This document shows, piece after piece, positions 28,848-39,116 of a stretch of 64,000 nucleotides of DNA (position 1 is its first letter; each line of letters opens with the position of its first letter). Made by a program: the position numbers and the translations under genes. The notes beneath the pieces were generated by a model that was not told the origin of the DNA, made no database searches, and saw only the letters and a program-made list of their open reading frames with translations. This DNA is from an uncultured Armatimonadetes bacterium. GTDB taxonomy: Bacteria > Armatimonadota > UBA5829 > DTJY01. The DNA lies in contig OY970325.1 of NCBI GenBank assembly GCA_963717145.1, forward strand, positions 4,768,001 through 4,832,000, written 5' to 3'.

Positions 28848-29623
28848 TGTCAAAGATTGCCTGGAAGGAGTCGATTGGTATGGAGCGTAGCTCACTGGTC
28901 AGCAGATACTTCGATGTGGTGCGGGAACTCGGTCTTTATTCCTCTTCGGACAGGTTGAGGGTGTATGTCGCCCATGTGTTTCAGGACGCCGATCTCAACG
29001 GCGTGGCCATGCTGGATATCGGCTGTGGAGTGGGCCTGGTCAGTATCTACGCAGCATGTGCCGGGGCTCGCAAGGTCGTCAGCCTGGAACCCGAGGCCGC
29101 AGGCTCCACCGCGGGCGTGACGAGCAAGTATCAGAAGCTGGCCGACAGCCTGAACCTCGAGAACGCGACCCTGCATGGTGTCACTTTCCAGGAATTCGAT
29201 CCAGGTGACGAAAAGTTCGACGTGATCCTCCTCGATGATTCCGTCAACCACCTGGATGAGGAGGCCTGCATCAACCTGCAGCACGACCAGGCGGCCATCG
29301 AGAGTTACGCCGAGATCTTTCGCAAGATACATGCTTTGGCGGCGGATGGCGCCAAACTGATTATCACTGACGCATCGAGGTATAACTTCTTCGCGATGCT
29401 CGGCCTCAGGAATCCGCTGGCTCCGACTATTGACTGGAGTGTGCACCAATCACCGACGTACTGGGTGAAGCTGCTGTCGGACGCCGGGTTCTCCAGGCCG
29501 ATTATCCGGTGGAGATCGTTCAACCGATTAGGCCGGATCGGCAGTCTGCTGCTTGGAAACAAGGCTGCGGCTTTCTTCCTCCGGAGCCGCTTCTGCCTGA
29601 CCATGGAGAAGAAGGCAGACTGA
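28847..29623 (+). CDS. Class I SAM-dependent methyltransferase
   Basis: MLDIGCGVG, FDVILL. Confidence 0.8.
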   Translation: MSKIAWKESIGMERSSLVSRYFDVVRELGLYSSSDRLRVYVAHVFQDADLNGVAMLDIGCGVGLVSIYAACAGARKVVSLEPEAAGSTAGVTSKYQKLADSLNLENATLHGVTFQEFDPGDEKFDVILLDDSVNHLDEEACINLQHDQAAIESYAEIFRKIHALAADGAKLIITDASRYNFFAMLGLRNPLAPTIDWSVHQSPTYWVKLLSDAGFSRPIIRWRSFNRLGRIGSLLLGNKAAAFFLRSRFCLTMEKKAD

Positions 29624-29682
29624 AGAGATACAACGGATGATCTGTGCCAGTCCCAAAGAATGAGCTATATTAGGACGACCGA

Positions 29683-30744
29683 ATGCCTTCTAAGATATGT
29701 CTATATGTATTGCAGCTGGAGCCTCCGTATGACGAGGGCTTCAAGAATTTCACCTACAACCTTTTGAGGGAAGCTGCCTCCAAGCGCAAAGCCCTGCGTC
29801 TGGGTCACGGCGACCCGGAGGTCATCGACGTCCAGATCGGTGTCAACCGATTGGGTGTCAACAGGGCTCTGCGCGATGCTTTGCGCGGCTATAGACCTGA
29901 GGCGATAGTATACATTCCGGCCGGGCCCGTGACTCTGATGAACTTCATCCGGGCCAAGATGCTCAGGTGGTATGCAGGGGATGCACCCTTGGCCATGATC
30001 TGCCTGCAGCCGCCTCGAAGCTCAAGGTTGCTGCTCCGGATGCTCCGGACGATCGCGCCCAACGTGATCTATGCGCAGTCAGAGTCCGGAAGGAAGGTTC
30101 TGCAGGAAGTCGGCTACAACGCTCGGATCATACGCAGTGGCGCCGACTCGAATCGATTCCGTCCGGCCGATCCGGATGAGAAAGCTCGACTTCGAGCGGA
30201 GTATGGGATCGATCCATCAGCCTACGTCGTGCTTCACGTCGGCCACATAAACGAGGGTCGAAACCTGCGCATGCTCGGCGAAGTAGCCTCCGTGCCAAAT
30301 GCTTGCCCGGTGCTGGTGGGCAGTACGAGTACCGCTCAGGATGCGAGTCTGGCGACATGGCTGAAAGGGAAGGGCGTCAGGATACTCGATAGCTTCATCG
30401 AGCGGATCGAGGACGTGTATCGGCTAGCGGATCTCTACCTGTTCCCTGTCATTGACCACGGCCATGCGGTGGAAATCCCGCTCTCCGTGCTGGAGGCGAT
30501 GGCCTGCAACCTCCCGGTGGTGACGACTCGGTTCGGTGGGCTGCCGGAGTGCTTCCAGGAGGGAGATGGTCTGTACTTCGCAAACTCATCCGCTGAGATG
30601 TTGGAGAAGATCGAGACCGCAAAGGAAGCCGGTATGGCGCATACCAGGCCGAAGATGGCCGACTACACCTGGAGCGCAGTAGCCGAGGAGTTCTTTGCGG
30701 AGGTGGACGAGCTGGCTGAAAGAGGACGTAACCGTCAGTCGTGA
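29683..30744 (+). CDS. GT4 glycosyltransferase
   Basis: EIPLSVLEAMACNLPVVTTRFGGL. Confidence 0.88.
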   Translation: MPSKICLYVLQLEPPYDEGFKNFTYNLLREAASKRKALRLGHGDPEVIDVQIGVNRLGVNRALRDALRGYRPEAIVYIPAGPVTLMNFIRAKMLRWYAGDAPLAMICLQPPRSSRLLLRMLRTIAPNVIYAQSESGRKVLQEVGYNARIIRSGADSNRFRPADPDEKARLRAEYGIDPSAYVVLHVGHINEGRNLRMLGEVASVPNACPVLVGSTSTAQDASLATWLKGKGVRILDSFIERIEDVYRLADLYLFPVIDHGHAVEIPLSVLEAMACNLPVVTTRFGGLPECFQEGDGLYFANSSAEMLEKIETAKEAGMAHTRPKMADYTWSAVAEEFFAEVDELAERGRNRQS

Positions 30745-30791
30745 CGGAAACAATCATAGCGATCGTTTCTCGTGAAGACAAGGAATAGAGG

Positions 30792-31502
30792 ATGATTTCG
30801 AAGTCCGGCAGTACGGCAAAAGGGATGTTCATCTGTTTCACAGGCATTGACGGTTCAGGCAAGACTCTCCAGGCAGAGCGTCTGGTCGAGAACCTGAAGG
30901 CCCGAGGGATTCCGTGTACCTACACCTGGTGCAGGTATGCCCCGCACGTTCTGAGGCTGCTCAACCAGTTGGCGAAACTCCTGATCGGCCGCAGGAAGGG
31001 GGGATCGGAATACGCCGGGTATACGTCTTCAAAGAAGGGCATTTTCCGGAAGCCCGTGATTGGATGGATCTGGCTGAATATCAGCCTGTTGGAGTACCTG
31101 ATGCAGGCCGGGTCGTGTATCAAAAAGTTGAGGAGAGGAGGCGCGACGCTGGTGTGTGACAGGTATCTCTATGATATGATCGCAGATGTGGCTGTCAACT
31201 TCGATCACCAGGACGACGAGCTTCTCCGTCTAATGCGTCATCCGCTGGTGCGTCGCTTTCCCAAGCCGGACATAGTCTTCTTGCTCGATGTGCCGCCCGA
31301 TGTAGCCTGGGCGCGCAAGATGGATCCCGTCCTCAAGGGCCAGCAGTATGTGGAGGATCGGGCGAAGGTGTACTCGATCCTGTGCGACAATCTGGGCTTT
31401 GCTCGGATAGACGGCACCAGGACCATAGAGGAGATCGCGGACACTGTTCTGGAACACTGCGCCAAGTACTTTCAAGGCGATGCTAGCGAGGCCAAAAGTT
31501 GA
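30792..31502 (+). CDS. Thymidylate-kinase-like P-loop kinase within the EPS locus
   Basis: GIDGSGKT, CDRY, PDIVFLLDV. Confidence 0.8.
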   Translation: MISKSGSTAKGMFICFTGIDGSGKTLQAERLVENLKARGIPCTYTWCRYAPHVLRLLNQLAKLLIGRRKGGSEYAGYTSSKKGIFRKPVIGWIWLNISLLEYLMQAGSCIKKLRRGGATLVCDRYLYDMIADVAVNFDHQDDELLRLMRHPLVRRFPKPDIVFLLDVPPDVAWARKMDPVLKGQQYVEDRAKVYSILCDNLGFARIDGTRTIEEIADTVLEHCAKYFQGDASEAKS

Positions 31503-32970
31503 GCCGTGTAGTAGTCTTAGGGATGGATGGACTGGATCCTGACCTCCTCGAAAGATGGTCGGAGGAGATGCCCAATTTCCGCCGTCTGTTGGAAGAAGGA
31601 TGGTATCGGAGGGTCGATTCGGTGTTCCCGCCGGATTCCATCCCTGCGTGGGCATCTATCTACACGGGTGCGACGCCTGACCACCATGGCATACTCGATT
31701 CCGTGGATTACCTGGATGCGAGCAAGCAGGTGATGAAGTGCGATACCTCCGGCCTTCAGGGGAACTGCTTCTGGGATGCGGCCAGCCGAGGTGGAAAGCG
31801 GGTCTGCGTCGTCAACCCGTTCATGGCATACCCGGTCTGGCCGGTGAACGGCATCATGGTCAACGGTCCGGTGTTCGTCACCGGGGAGATTCAGGCCTAT
31901 CCCGAGTGCTTGCTCGCAGAATACGATGTGCCGGAACTCGGCGGAATGGTGGATCAGCCGACGAAGAAGACCCTCGGACCGTTTGCGGAGAGAGCCAGGA
32001 ACCTGATCCGGGAGCACCTGAGATTCAGCAAGGAGCTGTTCGGCCGGGAGAAATGGATCTGTTCTTCATCAACTTCCTGACCTTGGACAGAGTGCAGCAT
32101 GTATTCTGGCGGTATTTCGACGCGGATGATCCTACATATCCGGGCAGAAATCAGCACTCTGAGGTCATCAAGGAGTTCTACCTGCTGCACGATCGGGTGC
32201 TGGGGGAATTCCTCGATATGATAGATGACGACACGACCCTGATGGTCCTCAGCGACCACGGACACGGCCGGCGCTGCACGAAGGCGCTGCTCGTGAACGA
32301 ACTGCTCAGGCAGAGAGGCTTGCTCAAGTCCAGCACCCGAGGCAAGCTGGATCCGAAGTACCTTTTGGAAAAGGCCAAGGTCTTCACACTGCGAATGCTC
32401 GACAGGTACGACCTCCAGGATCTCAGTTTCAAGATTGCGAGGCTGATCCCCGGGGCGAAGTCGCTCAAGAAGTCGACTTTCGTGATAGACAGCGCCGGGA
32501 GTTCCGCTCGAGTGGCACGTTTCGCCGGCATGAACCCGTACGGCGGCATCGAATTTCCGTGGACCGCGTTTGACGGCGATGACCAGGCCTACGAGGTTCT
32601 CCTCGAGAGTCTGATCGGCGATCTCAGGACGCTCAAGGATCCGAAGACTGGTCAACAGATAGTGAAATGGGTGAAGAGGCGCGAGGACATGTTCCGCGGG
32701 CCGCACGCTAAGGTCTACCCTGAGATCATATTCCAGCTCGATTTCGATTACGGAGTTAGCAGGTCGTTGTTCGGCCCACTGGTAGATATCAACCCGACTC
32801 ATAGGAAGATATCCGGCGGACACATGCCGCAGGCGGTACTGGTTGCAAACAGAAGGTCGCCTATCCTGGCGGGTGAAGAGCTGAGCATCGTATCGATCGC
32901 CCCTGCGATCCTTGGCATGCTCGGCATCGAGTCGCCTGAGAGCATGGGGGCTGTGATAAGAACACCGTAG
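31499..32970 (+). pseudogene. Alkaline-phosphatase-superfamily (nucleotide pyrophosphatase/phosphodiesterase) protein with a frameshift near 32056
   Basis: GMDG, PPDSIPAW, DRVQH, SDHG, GGH; EKW|DLFF restored by adding one G. Confidence 0.8.
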
Positions 32971-32987
32971 CTTGAGGAGGAGAAGAG

Positions 32988-34049
32988 ATGGCATTGAAGA
33001 ACCCGACTATGGCTCTTGCCGCGGCGAATCTGCGCAACCTTGCTGCAGAGAAGCTGTACGTGAAGACAGGCATAGATAACACCCGGCCGATCCAGATCTA
33101 CAGTCTGGTGAACATGCGCTGCAATGCCAGATGCAAGATGTGCGTCTGCTGGAGAGAGAAGGACCCACCTGAGCTGCCCGCATCCGCTTGGATCGCCTTC
33201 CTGAAGGGGCTCAAGGAGTTCTCCGGGACCTACAACGTCAGCTTCAGCGGGGGCGAGCCCCTGGTGAAAAAGGACATGTTCGAGATCCTGGACTTCTGCA
33301 AGCGCGAGCACATTATCTCGGGCGTCACCACCAACGGTCTCCTGCTCAAGGGAGACAACATCAGGAAGCTGATCGACAGCGAAGTGTTCAACATCAACAT
33401 ATCGCTCGACAGCATGGAAGACGCCGTTCACGATGACTTGAGGGGAGTGCCGGGCCTCCTTTCGAAGCTGCGTACCAATATGGACGAGTTGGTCGAGTAC
33501 AGGAAGAGTACCGGCAGCAAGGTGCGCATCATCCTGAAGCCGATGGTCTGCACAGAGACTCTCCCAGGCTTGCCCAAGATAGCCGAGTATGCGAAGGACT
33601 TGGGCCTGGAAGGAGTCAACTTCCAGCCGGTCTTCGATTGGTCGGAAGAGTCGAAGGAGATGTCGAAGGTGGACCGCACGCTTCTGAACGAGGTTATCGA
33701 GCGGCTCATCGAGATGAAGAAGAGCGGCTATCCCATCCTGAACTCCGACGCATCCATGCGCCAATGGATCGAGTATTTCGACGGCACGCTCGCCGGACAT
33801 ACGGGCCCATGCGTGGTGTCGCTGAGGAGTCTCAGTGTCGCGCAGGACGGCACGATCCGCCTGTGTGGGTTCGTCGACGCCAACATCGGCAACATCACGG
33901 ACGGTCATATCAGGGATATCTGGTATCTGCCTGAAACCCGGAAGATCAGACGAGCACTGATCGGATGTCAGAAGGCCTGTCTGGCCACGTGCGTGGTCAA
34001 GCGGGGTGTCAAGGACTACATCAGCCTCTTCCGCAGGCTCATGCGTTAG
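32988..34049 (+). CDS. Radical SAM protein with SPASM/Twitch domain
   Basis: CNARCKMC, SGGEP, TTNG, C-terminal Cys cluster. Confidence 0.9.
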   Translation: MALKNPTMALAAANLRNLAAEKLYVKTGIDNTRPIQIYSLVNMRCNARCKMCVCWREKDPPELPASAWIAFLKGLKEFSGTYNVSFSGGEPLVKKDMFEILDFCKREHIISGVTTNGLLLKGDNIRKLIDSEVFNINISLDSMEDAVHDDLRGVPGLLSKLRTNMDELVEYRKSTGSKVRIILKPMVCTETLPGLPKIAEYAKDLGLEGVNFQPVFDWSEESKEMSKVDRTLLNEVIERLIEMKKSGYPILNSDASMRQWIEYFDGTLAGHTGPCVVSLRSLSVAQDGTIRLCGFVDANIGNITDGHIRDIWYLPETRKIRRALIGCQKACLATCVVKRGVKDYISLFRRLMR

Positions 34050-34093
34050 GGCAGGGCAAGTGCTGCGCCGGCTCGAAGGAGAAGGACGGTTGG

Positions 34094-35324
34094 ATGAAGA
34101 TACTCGTATGCAACAAATTCTACCGGCCTGTTCGGCGGCCCGGAGACCATAGTATTCGATACTATCCGCGAACTGGAGGCGCTTGGCCACACGGCGATCG
34201 CATTCGCCATGCAGCATCCGGAAAACCTGGAGTCGAAGTACTCCGATTACTTCGTGCCGGGCATCGACTACAACGCCAGGCAGTCGAAAGGGATTGGACA
34301 CCTCGTCAAAGAGGCATCGGGCATCATCTACTCACGCGAAGCCCGAGAGAAGATGGAGAAGCTGATCATCGACACGAGTCCCGAGATCGCTCATCTGCAC
34401 AACATCTATCACCAGCTCTCGCCATCGATCCTGGCTCCACTCAAGAAGGCCGGCATCCCGACCATCATGACCCTGCACGACGGGAAGCTACTGTGTGCGA
34501 ACATGCTCTTCCTGACCCACGGAAAGGTGTGCGAGAAGTGCGCAGGGAGGCGGTTCCACCACGCCGTCTTCAACCAGTGTGTAAAGGACTCCTACGCCAG
34601 CAGCCTCATATGCTGCGTCGAGGAGACGATCCACCGAATGCTGGGGAACTACGAGCGTAACATCGACCTGTTCATAACGCCAAGCCGGTTCCTCAAGGAT
34701 AAGATGGTTGAGCATGGCAGGTTGAAAGCAGAACAGGTCGAAGTTCTCTACAACTACGCGGACACAAAGTCGTTCGTTCCGAACTACACTCCGGGAGACT
34801 ACGGCCTGTTTCTGGGCAAGGTGGAGTCGTTCAAGGGAGTGCTGACTCTGCTGGAGGCCTGCAAGCAGATCCCTGATTTCGAGATCAGGTTCGCGGGGAG
34901 AGGCACACTGCTGGAAGAGGGGCAGCGCATCGCAGCCGACGAGGGGCTCAAGGCGAGCTTCCTCGGCTTCCAGACCGGCGACGATCTCAAGCGTCAGATC
35001 AGCGAATCCCGATTCGTGCTCCTTCCCGCCGAGTGGTACGAGAACTGCCCGATGGTGATCCTGGAGGCATTCTCTGCGGGGAAGCCGGTGATCGCGTCGA
35101 ACATGGGCGGCATACCGGAGCTGATCGATCACGGCGTCGATGGCCTGATCTTCGAGGCGGGCAACGCGGACGAACTCGCGTCGTGCATGCGGCAGTTGAT
35201 CGACAACCCGGATATGGCTCGCGAGATGGGCAAGAGGGGTCGCGCCAAGATGGAGGAACGGTTCTCAATCGAGAGATATATGCAGTCGCTCCTCGGCATC
35301 TACGAACGAATGCTGAACCGGTGA
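34094..35324 (+). pseudogene. GT4 glycosyltransferase with a +1 frameshift near 34130
   Basis: MKILVCNKFY out of frame with GGPET...HNIYHQLSPS...ENCPMVILEA. Confidence 0.8.
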
Positions 35325-35466
35325 TCCGTGAGTGTTCGAAGGAATCGAGGGGCCGAAGCGCGAATCTCTTATATGTTACAACCGCAGTTTTGTTCTCCCG
35401 CGCAGAAGGTGCACTTCGATCGCATCTCGACCGATATGATATAGAGCAAGAATCAGCAGGCCAGAC

Positions 35467-36594
35467 ATGAAGATCGCGATGCTCGGCACAAAAGGAATAC
35501 CGGCGACGTGGGGCGGGATCGAGCGCCATGTGGAGGAGATCAGCACACGTCTGGCTGCGATGGGGCATGACGTGACCGTCTACTGCCGCCCGTATTACAC
35601 GGAAACGCGCGATAAAACCTACAAGGGCGTGCACCTCAAGAAACTGCCGACGATCCCCAGCAAGAACCTCGACGCGATCATGCACACGTTCATCGCCACC
35701 CTGCACGTGATGCTCGAGGATTACGACATAGTGCATTACCATGCGATCGGCCCCGCGACGCTCGCGCTACTGGCGCGGCTTGCGGGCAAGAATGCCGTCG
35801 TAACAGTCCACGGGCTCGACTGGCAGCGCGAAAAGTGGGGCGGAAAGGCCAAGTTGTTCCTCAAGCTCGGTGAGCGCGCTTCTGTGTACCTCCCATACAG
35901 CACGATCACCGTGTCGAAGTTCCTCAAGGGATACCTGGAGGACAAATATCACAGGCCTGTCACTTATATCCCCAGCGCGGTTACCGATCCGATCCACCGC
36001 AAGCCCGACATCATCAAGAAGTATGGGATTGGGGAGCGCGACTACCTGCTTCTCGTGGCGCGCCTCGTGCCGGAAAAAGGCGCCCACTTCCTGATCGAAG
36101 CATACGAGCGCCTGAATCCGGACATGCCGCTCGTGATTGCGGGCGGATCCAGCCACTCGGACGAGTACGTGGCCGAACTCCAGAAGCATGCTTCCGACAA
36201 GATCATCTTCACCGGATATGTCTATGGCGAAGAGCTTCAGGAGCTGTACAGCAACGCGTACTGCTACGTGCATCCATCGACCATCGAGGGCCTGCCCGTG
36301 ACCCTGCTGGAGGGAGTGGCTTACGGCAACTGCGTCATCGCAAGTGACATCCCCGCCAACACCGAAGTGGTCGAGGACAATGGAGTCGTCTTCGAGAGCA
36401 TGAACGTAGACGATCTCTGCGAGGCGCTCAAGATGGTGATCGGAAACCCGGCGCTGGCACGGGAACTCGGCGAGCGGGCCAGGGCGCATGGCGTGGCGGA
36501 ATACAACTACGACAAGGTGACTGCGAAGACCGAGGATCTGTATCGCAGGGTGCTCCGGGGCGAGATGCCGATGCTGGACAGCACCGAGACCTAG
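35467..36594 (+). CDS. GT4 glycosyltransferase
   Basis: GTKGIPATWGGIE, RLVPEKG, EGLPVTLLE. Confidence 0.92.
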   Translation: MKIAMLGTKGIPATWGGIERHVEEISTRLAAMGHDVTVYCRPYYTETRDKTYKGVHLKKLPTIPSKNLDAIMHTFIATLHVMLEDYDIVHYHAIGPATLALLARLAGKNAVVTVHGLDWQREKWGGKAKLFLKLGERASVYLPYSTITVSKFLKGYLEDKYHRPVTYIPSAVTDPIHRKPDIIKKYGIGERDYLLLVARLVPEKGAHFLIEAYERLNPDMPLVIAGGSSHSDEYVAELQKHASDKIIFTGYVYGEELQELYSNAYCYVHPSTIEGLPVTLLEGVAYGNCVIASDIPANTEVVEDNGVVFESMNVDDLCEALKMVIGNPALARELGERARAHGVAEYNYDKVTAKTEDLYRRVLRGEMPMLDSTET

Positions 36595-36604
36595 AGGTTC
36601 TCTC

Positions 36605-37420
36605 ATGGCAAAAGTCATAGTAGTGATGCCGGCTTACAATGCGGCATCCACGTTGCTCAAGACGTACGAGCAGATACCGAAGGACATCGTAACTGAGGTC
36701 CTGCTGGTCGATGACGCCAGCCATGACGAGACAGTCAGCGAGGCCGCCAAGCTCAACATACCGACACTTGTCCATCCCGAAAACCGCGGCTACGGAGCGA
36801 ATCAGAAGACATGCTACACGGAAGCGCTCAGGCGTGGGGCGGACATCGTCGTCATGCTGCATCCCGACTATCAGTACGATCCGACGCTGATCCCCGAGAT
36901 GATCCGCCCTATCCAGGAAGGCAAGGCGGATCTCGTCCTTGGATCCCGCCTCCTTGGGGTCGACGGTCGCCGGTATGGCATGCCGGCGTACAAATACTTC
37001 GCCAATCGGTTCCTCACCTCCGTCGAGAACAGGTCGATGGGCACGGGACTCAGTGAGTTGCACACCGGTTACAGGGCATACTCCAGAAAACTGCTGACCA
37101 CCATTCCTTTCCTGCGAAACTCCGATGATTTCGTGTTCGACTCTCAGGTGCTCTTTCAGACAGTCGCATTCGGGTTCAAGATAGGCGAGATCAGTGTCCC
37201 TTGCCGCTACATGCCCGAGGCATCGTCGATCAACTTCGTCAGAAGTCTCAGGTATGGTTTGTCGACTCTCACCGTCGCCGGGCTCTACACTCTTCACCGA
37301 AAGGGTCGGATCAAATGCCCTCTGTTCCGCCCGGACTTCGCCTCTAAGGTCGTCCTGGCGGAGCGCGATAGTCTCCTTTCTCAGTCGGAAGCAGGGCGGC
37401 CAGGTCCTGAAGCCAAGTGA
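36605..37420 (+). CDS. GT2 glycosyltransferase (polyprenol-phosphate glycosyltransferase-like)
   Basis: VMPAYN, VDDAS, NRGYGANQK, HPDYQY. Confidence 0.9.
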   Translation: MAKVIVVMPAYNAASTLLKTYEQIPKDIVTEVLLVDDASHDETVSEAAKLNIPTLVHPENRGYGANQKTCYTEALRRGADIVVMLHPDYQYDPTLIPEMIRPIQEGKADLVLGSRLLGVDGRRYGMPAYKYFANRFLTSVENRSMGTGLSELHTGYRAYSRKLLTTIPFLRNSDDFVFDSQVLFQTVAFGFKIGEISVPCRYMPEASSINFVRSLRYGLSTLTVAGLYTLHRKGRIKCPLFRPDFASKVVLAERDSLLSQSEAGRPGPEAK

Positions 37421-37427
37421 TTTCCAT

Positions 37428-38057
37428 ATGAGCAACAGGACCATGGGTAGAGACGCAACGATAGCCATTGATCGGCCCGGCGCGCTGGGATTCATGGCCC
37501 CTACGGAGTCCGGATTCCAGCAAATGGTCCGATTCGGCATCGTTGGCGCGGTAGCCACTGCTCTCGACTATGCAGTGCTTCTTACGCTCTACAGGTTTGC
37601 ACATGCCCCGAATCTGGTTGCCGTTGCGGGTGGTTACATCGTTGGGCTTGCCTTGAGCTACGTGTTCAGCATAGCCTGGGTGTTCTCCCACCGAAGCGTC
37701 TCGAACAAGCACCTGGAGTTTGCGATCTTCGCCGTCATCGGTGTGATAGGGCTAGTGCTCACCGAGATCGTGATATTGCTCAGTCTGCACTGGTTGCAGA
37801 GCCAACCGGTGATATCGGCAGGCTGCGGTCGCTTCATTCAGGCATGGGTAGACAGGTGTTTCGCAGTCATACCGGGGCTCTCATCGAGAAGCATGCATAT
37901 TACCGTACACGCTTCACAGATCATCGTCGCAAAGTCCGTAGCCGTCGTCCTGGTGTTCTTCTTCAACTTCTGGGCGCGCAAGTTCGTCCTGTTTGCCGCT
38001 CCTCGCAGGGCTGCTCTGAATGTAAGAGTGAGCGAACATGAGTCAGCCGGCCGATAA
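37428..38057 (+). CDS. GtrA family protein
   Basis: RFGIVGAVATALDY, WVF, FNFWARKFVLF. Confidence 0.82.
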   Translation: MSNRTMGRDATIAIDRPGALGFMAPTESGFQQMVRFGIVGAVATALDYAVLLTLYRFAHAPNLVAVAGGYIVGLALSYVFSIAWVFSHRSVSNKHLEFAIFAVIGVIGLVLTEIVILLSLHWLQSQPVISAGCGRFIQAWVDRCFAVIPGLSSRSMHITVHASQIIVAKSVAVVLVFFFNFWARKFVLFAAPRRAALNVRVSEHESAGR

Positions 38058-38958
38058 GGGAAACGTCATGTCCAAAGTCGAAGCTCTGATACGGCTTGCT
38101 CGCATAGGGCACTGGATCAAGAACGGTTTTGTTCTTGCGCCTCTCGTGTTTGCGGGAAGGATGAGCCACTTGCCGGATGTGATCGCCGCCGGCATGGCCT
38201 TTCTCGCATTTGGGCTGGCGGCGAGCGCGGGATACGCGCTCAACGATATCCTTGATGCCGACTGCGACAAGCTTCATCCGCGCAAGAAGAAGCGTCCGGT
38301 CGCAAGCGGCGCAGTGAGCATTATGGAAGCCGGCGTATTTGCAGGCGTGCTTGCGGCCATGGGCCTGACGCTGGCCATCGAAGTTAGCTGGGCGTTCTTC
38401 TTCGTCGTCGTCACCTACATTCTGGTGAACTTGTTCTACGGTCTGCGAGGGAAGCAGTTAGCGATCCTGGATGCGTTCTGCATCGCCATAGGCTTTGTCC
38501 TGAGGGTTATCGGCGGCGCATATGCGATTCATGTCGAGGCGACCGGATGGATAGTCGTAACGACCTTCTTCCTTTCGCTCTTCCTTGGATTCGGCAAGAG
38601 GCGCGGAGAGATCCAGTTGCTCGAGAACCGCGGTGCTGGCCACCGGCAGGTGTTGGGCGACTATGATCGCAATCTGCTGGATCAGGTTATCGTATCCACG
38701 GGCACGATTGCCATAATAAGTTACGCTTTGTACACTCTGGACGCGGGCGTTGCGGCCAAGTTCGGGACAGACAAGCTCTTCTACACGGTACCATTTGTGG
38801 CATACGGCGTGTTCAGGTACATGCACGTACTCGGCAGGAGCAAGGAAGGCGATCCGACCGAGGTACTTACATCTGATAGCGGCATTGCCATCGCAATCGC
38901 CCTGTGGCTGATCGTCGCCATAGCGATAATATATATCGACGGGACACATTTTCGGTAG
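38038..38958 (+). CDS. Decaprenyl-phosphate phosphoribosyltransferase-like (UbiA family)
   Basis: HWIKN, NDILDADCDKLHPRKKKRPVASG, KRRGE, GDPT. Confidence 0.88.
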   Translation: MSQPADKGNVMSKVEALIRLARIGHWIKNGFVLAPLVFAGRMSHLPDVIAAGMAFLAFGLAASAGYALNDILDADCDKLHPRKKKRPVASGAVSIMEAGVFAGVLAAMGLTLAIEVSWAFFFVVVTYILVNLFYGLRGKQLAILDAFCIAIGFVLRVIGGAYAIHVEATGWIVVTTFFLSLFLGFGKRRGEIQLLENRGAGHRQVLGDYDRNLLDQVIVSTGTIAIISYALYTLDAGVAAKFGTDKLFYTVPFVAYGVFRYMHVLGRSKEGDPTEVLTSDSGIAIAIALWLIVAIAIIYIDGTHFR

Positions 38959-39053
38959 GGAGCGGCATGGCGCTCCACTAGCGCAAATGTCCTGGTCTAT
39001 CCTCACTCTTTCCCCACAAGTGGAACCCGCGATCCGCAGGATCGTCCGCCCCC

Positions 39054-39082
39054 TTGTTCGGACCGACGGCGCATGGTATAAT
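39054..39082 (+). promoter_or_regulatory. Sigma70-type promoter
   Basis: TTGTTC-17 nt-TATAAT with TG extension. Confidence 0.6.
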
Positions 39083-39116
39083 CCGGTGGATGCCAGCGCC
39101 CCGTGTCGAGGAACAG

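Noticed and set aside
38955-38981. Single GTAG hairpin at the UbiA stop
   Set aside because: Short, weak stem with no partner arm; cannot be distinguished from chance
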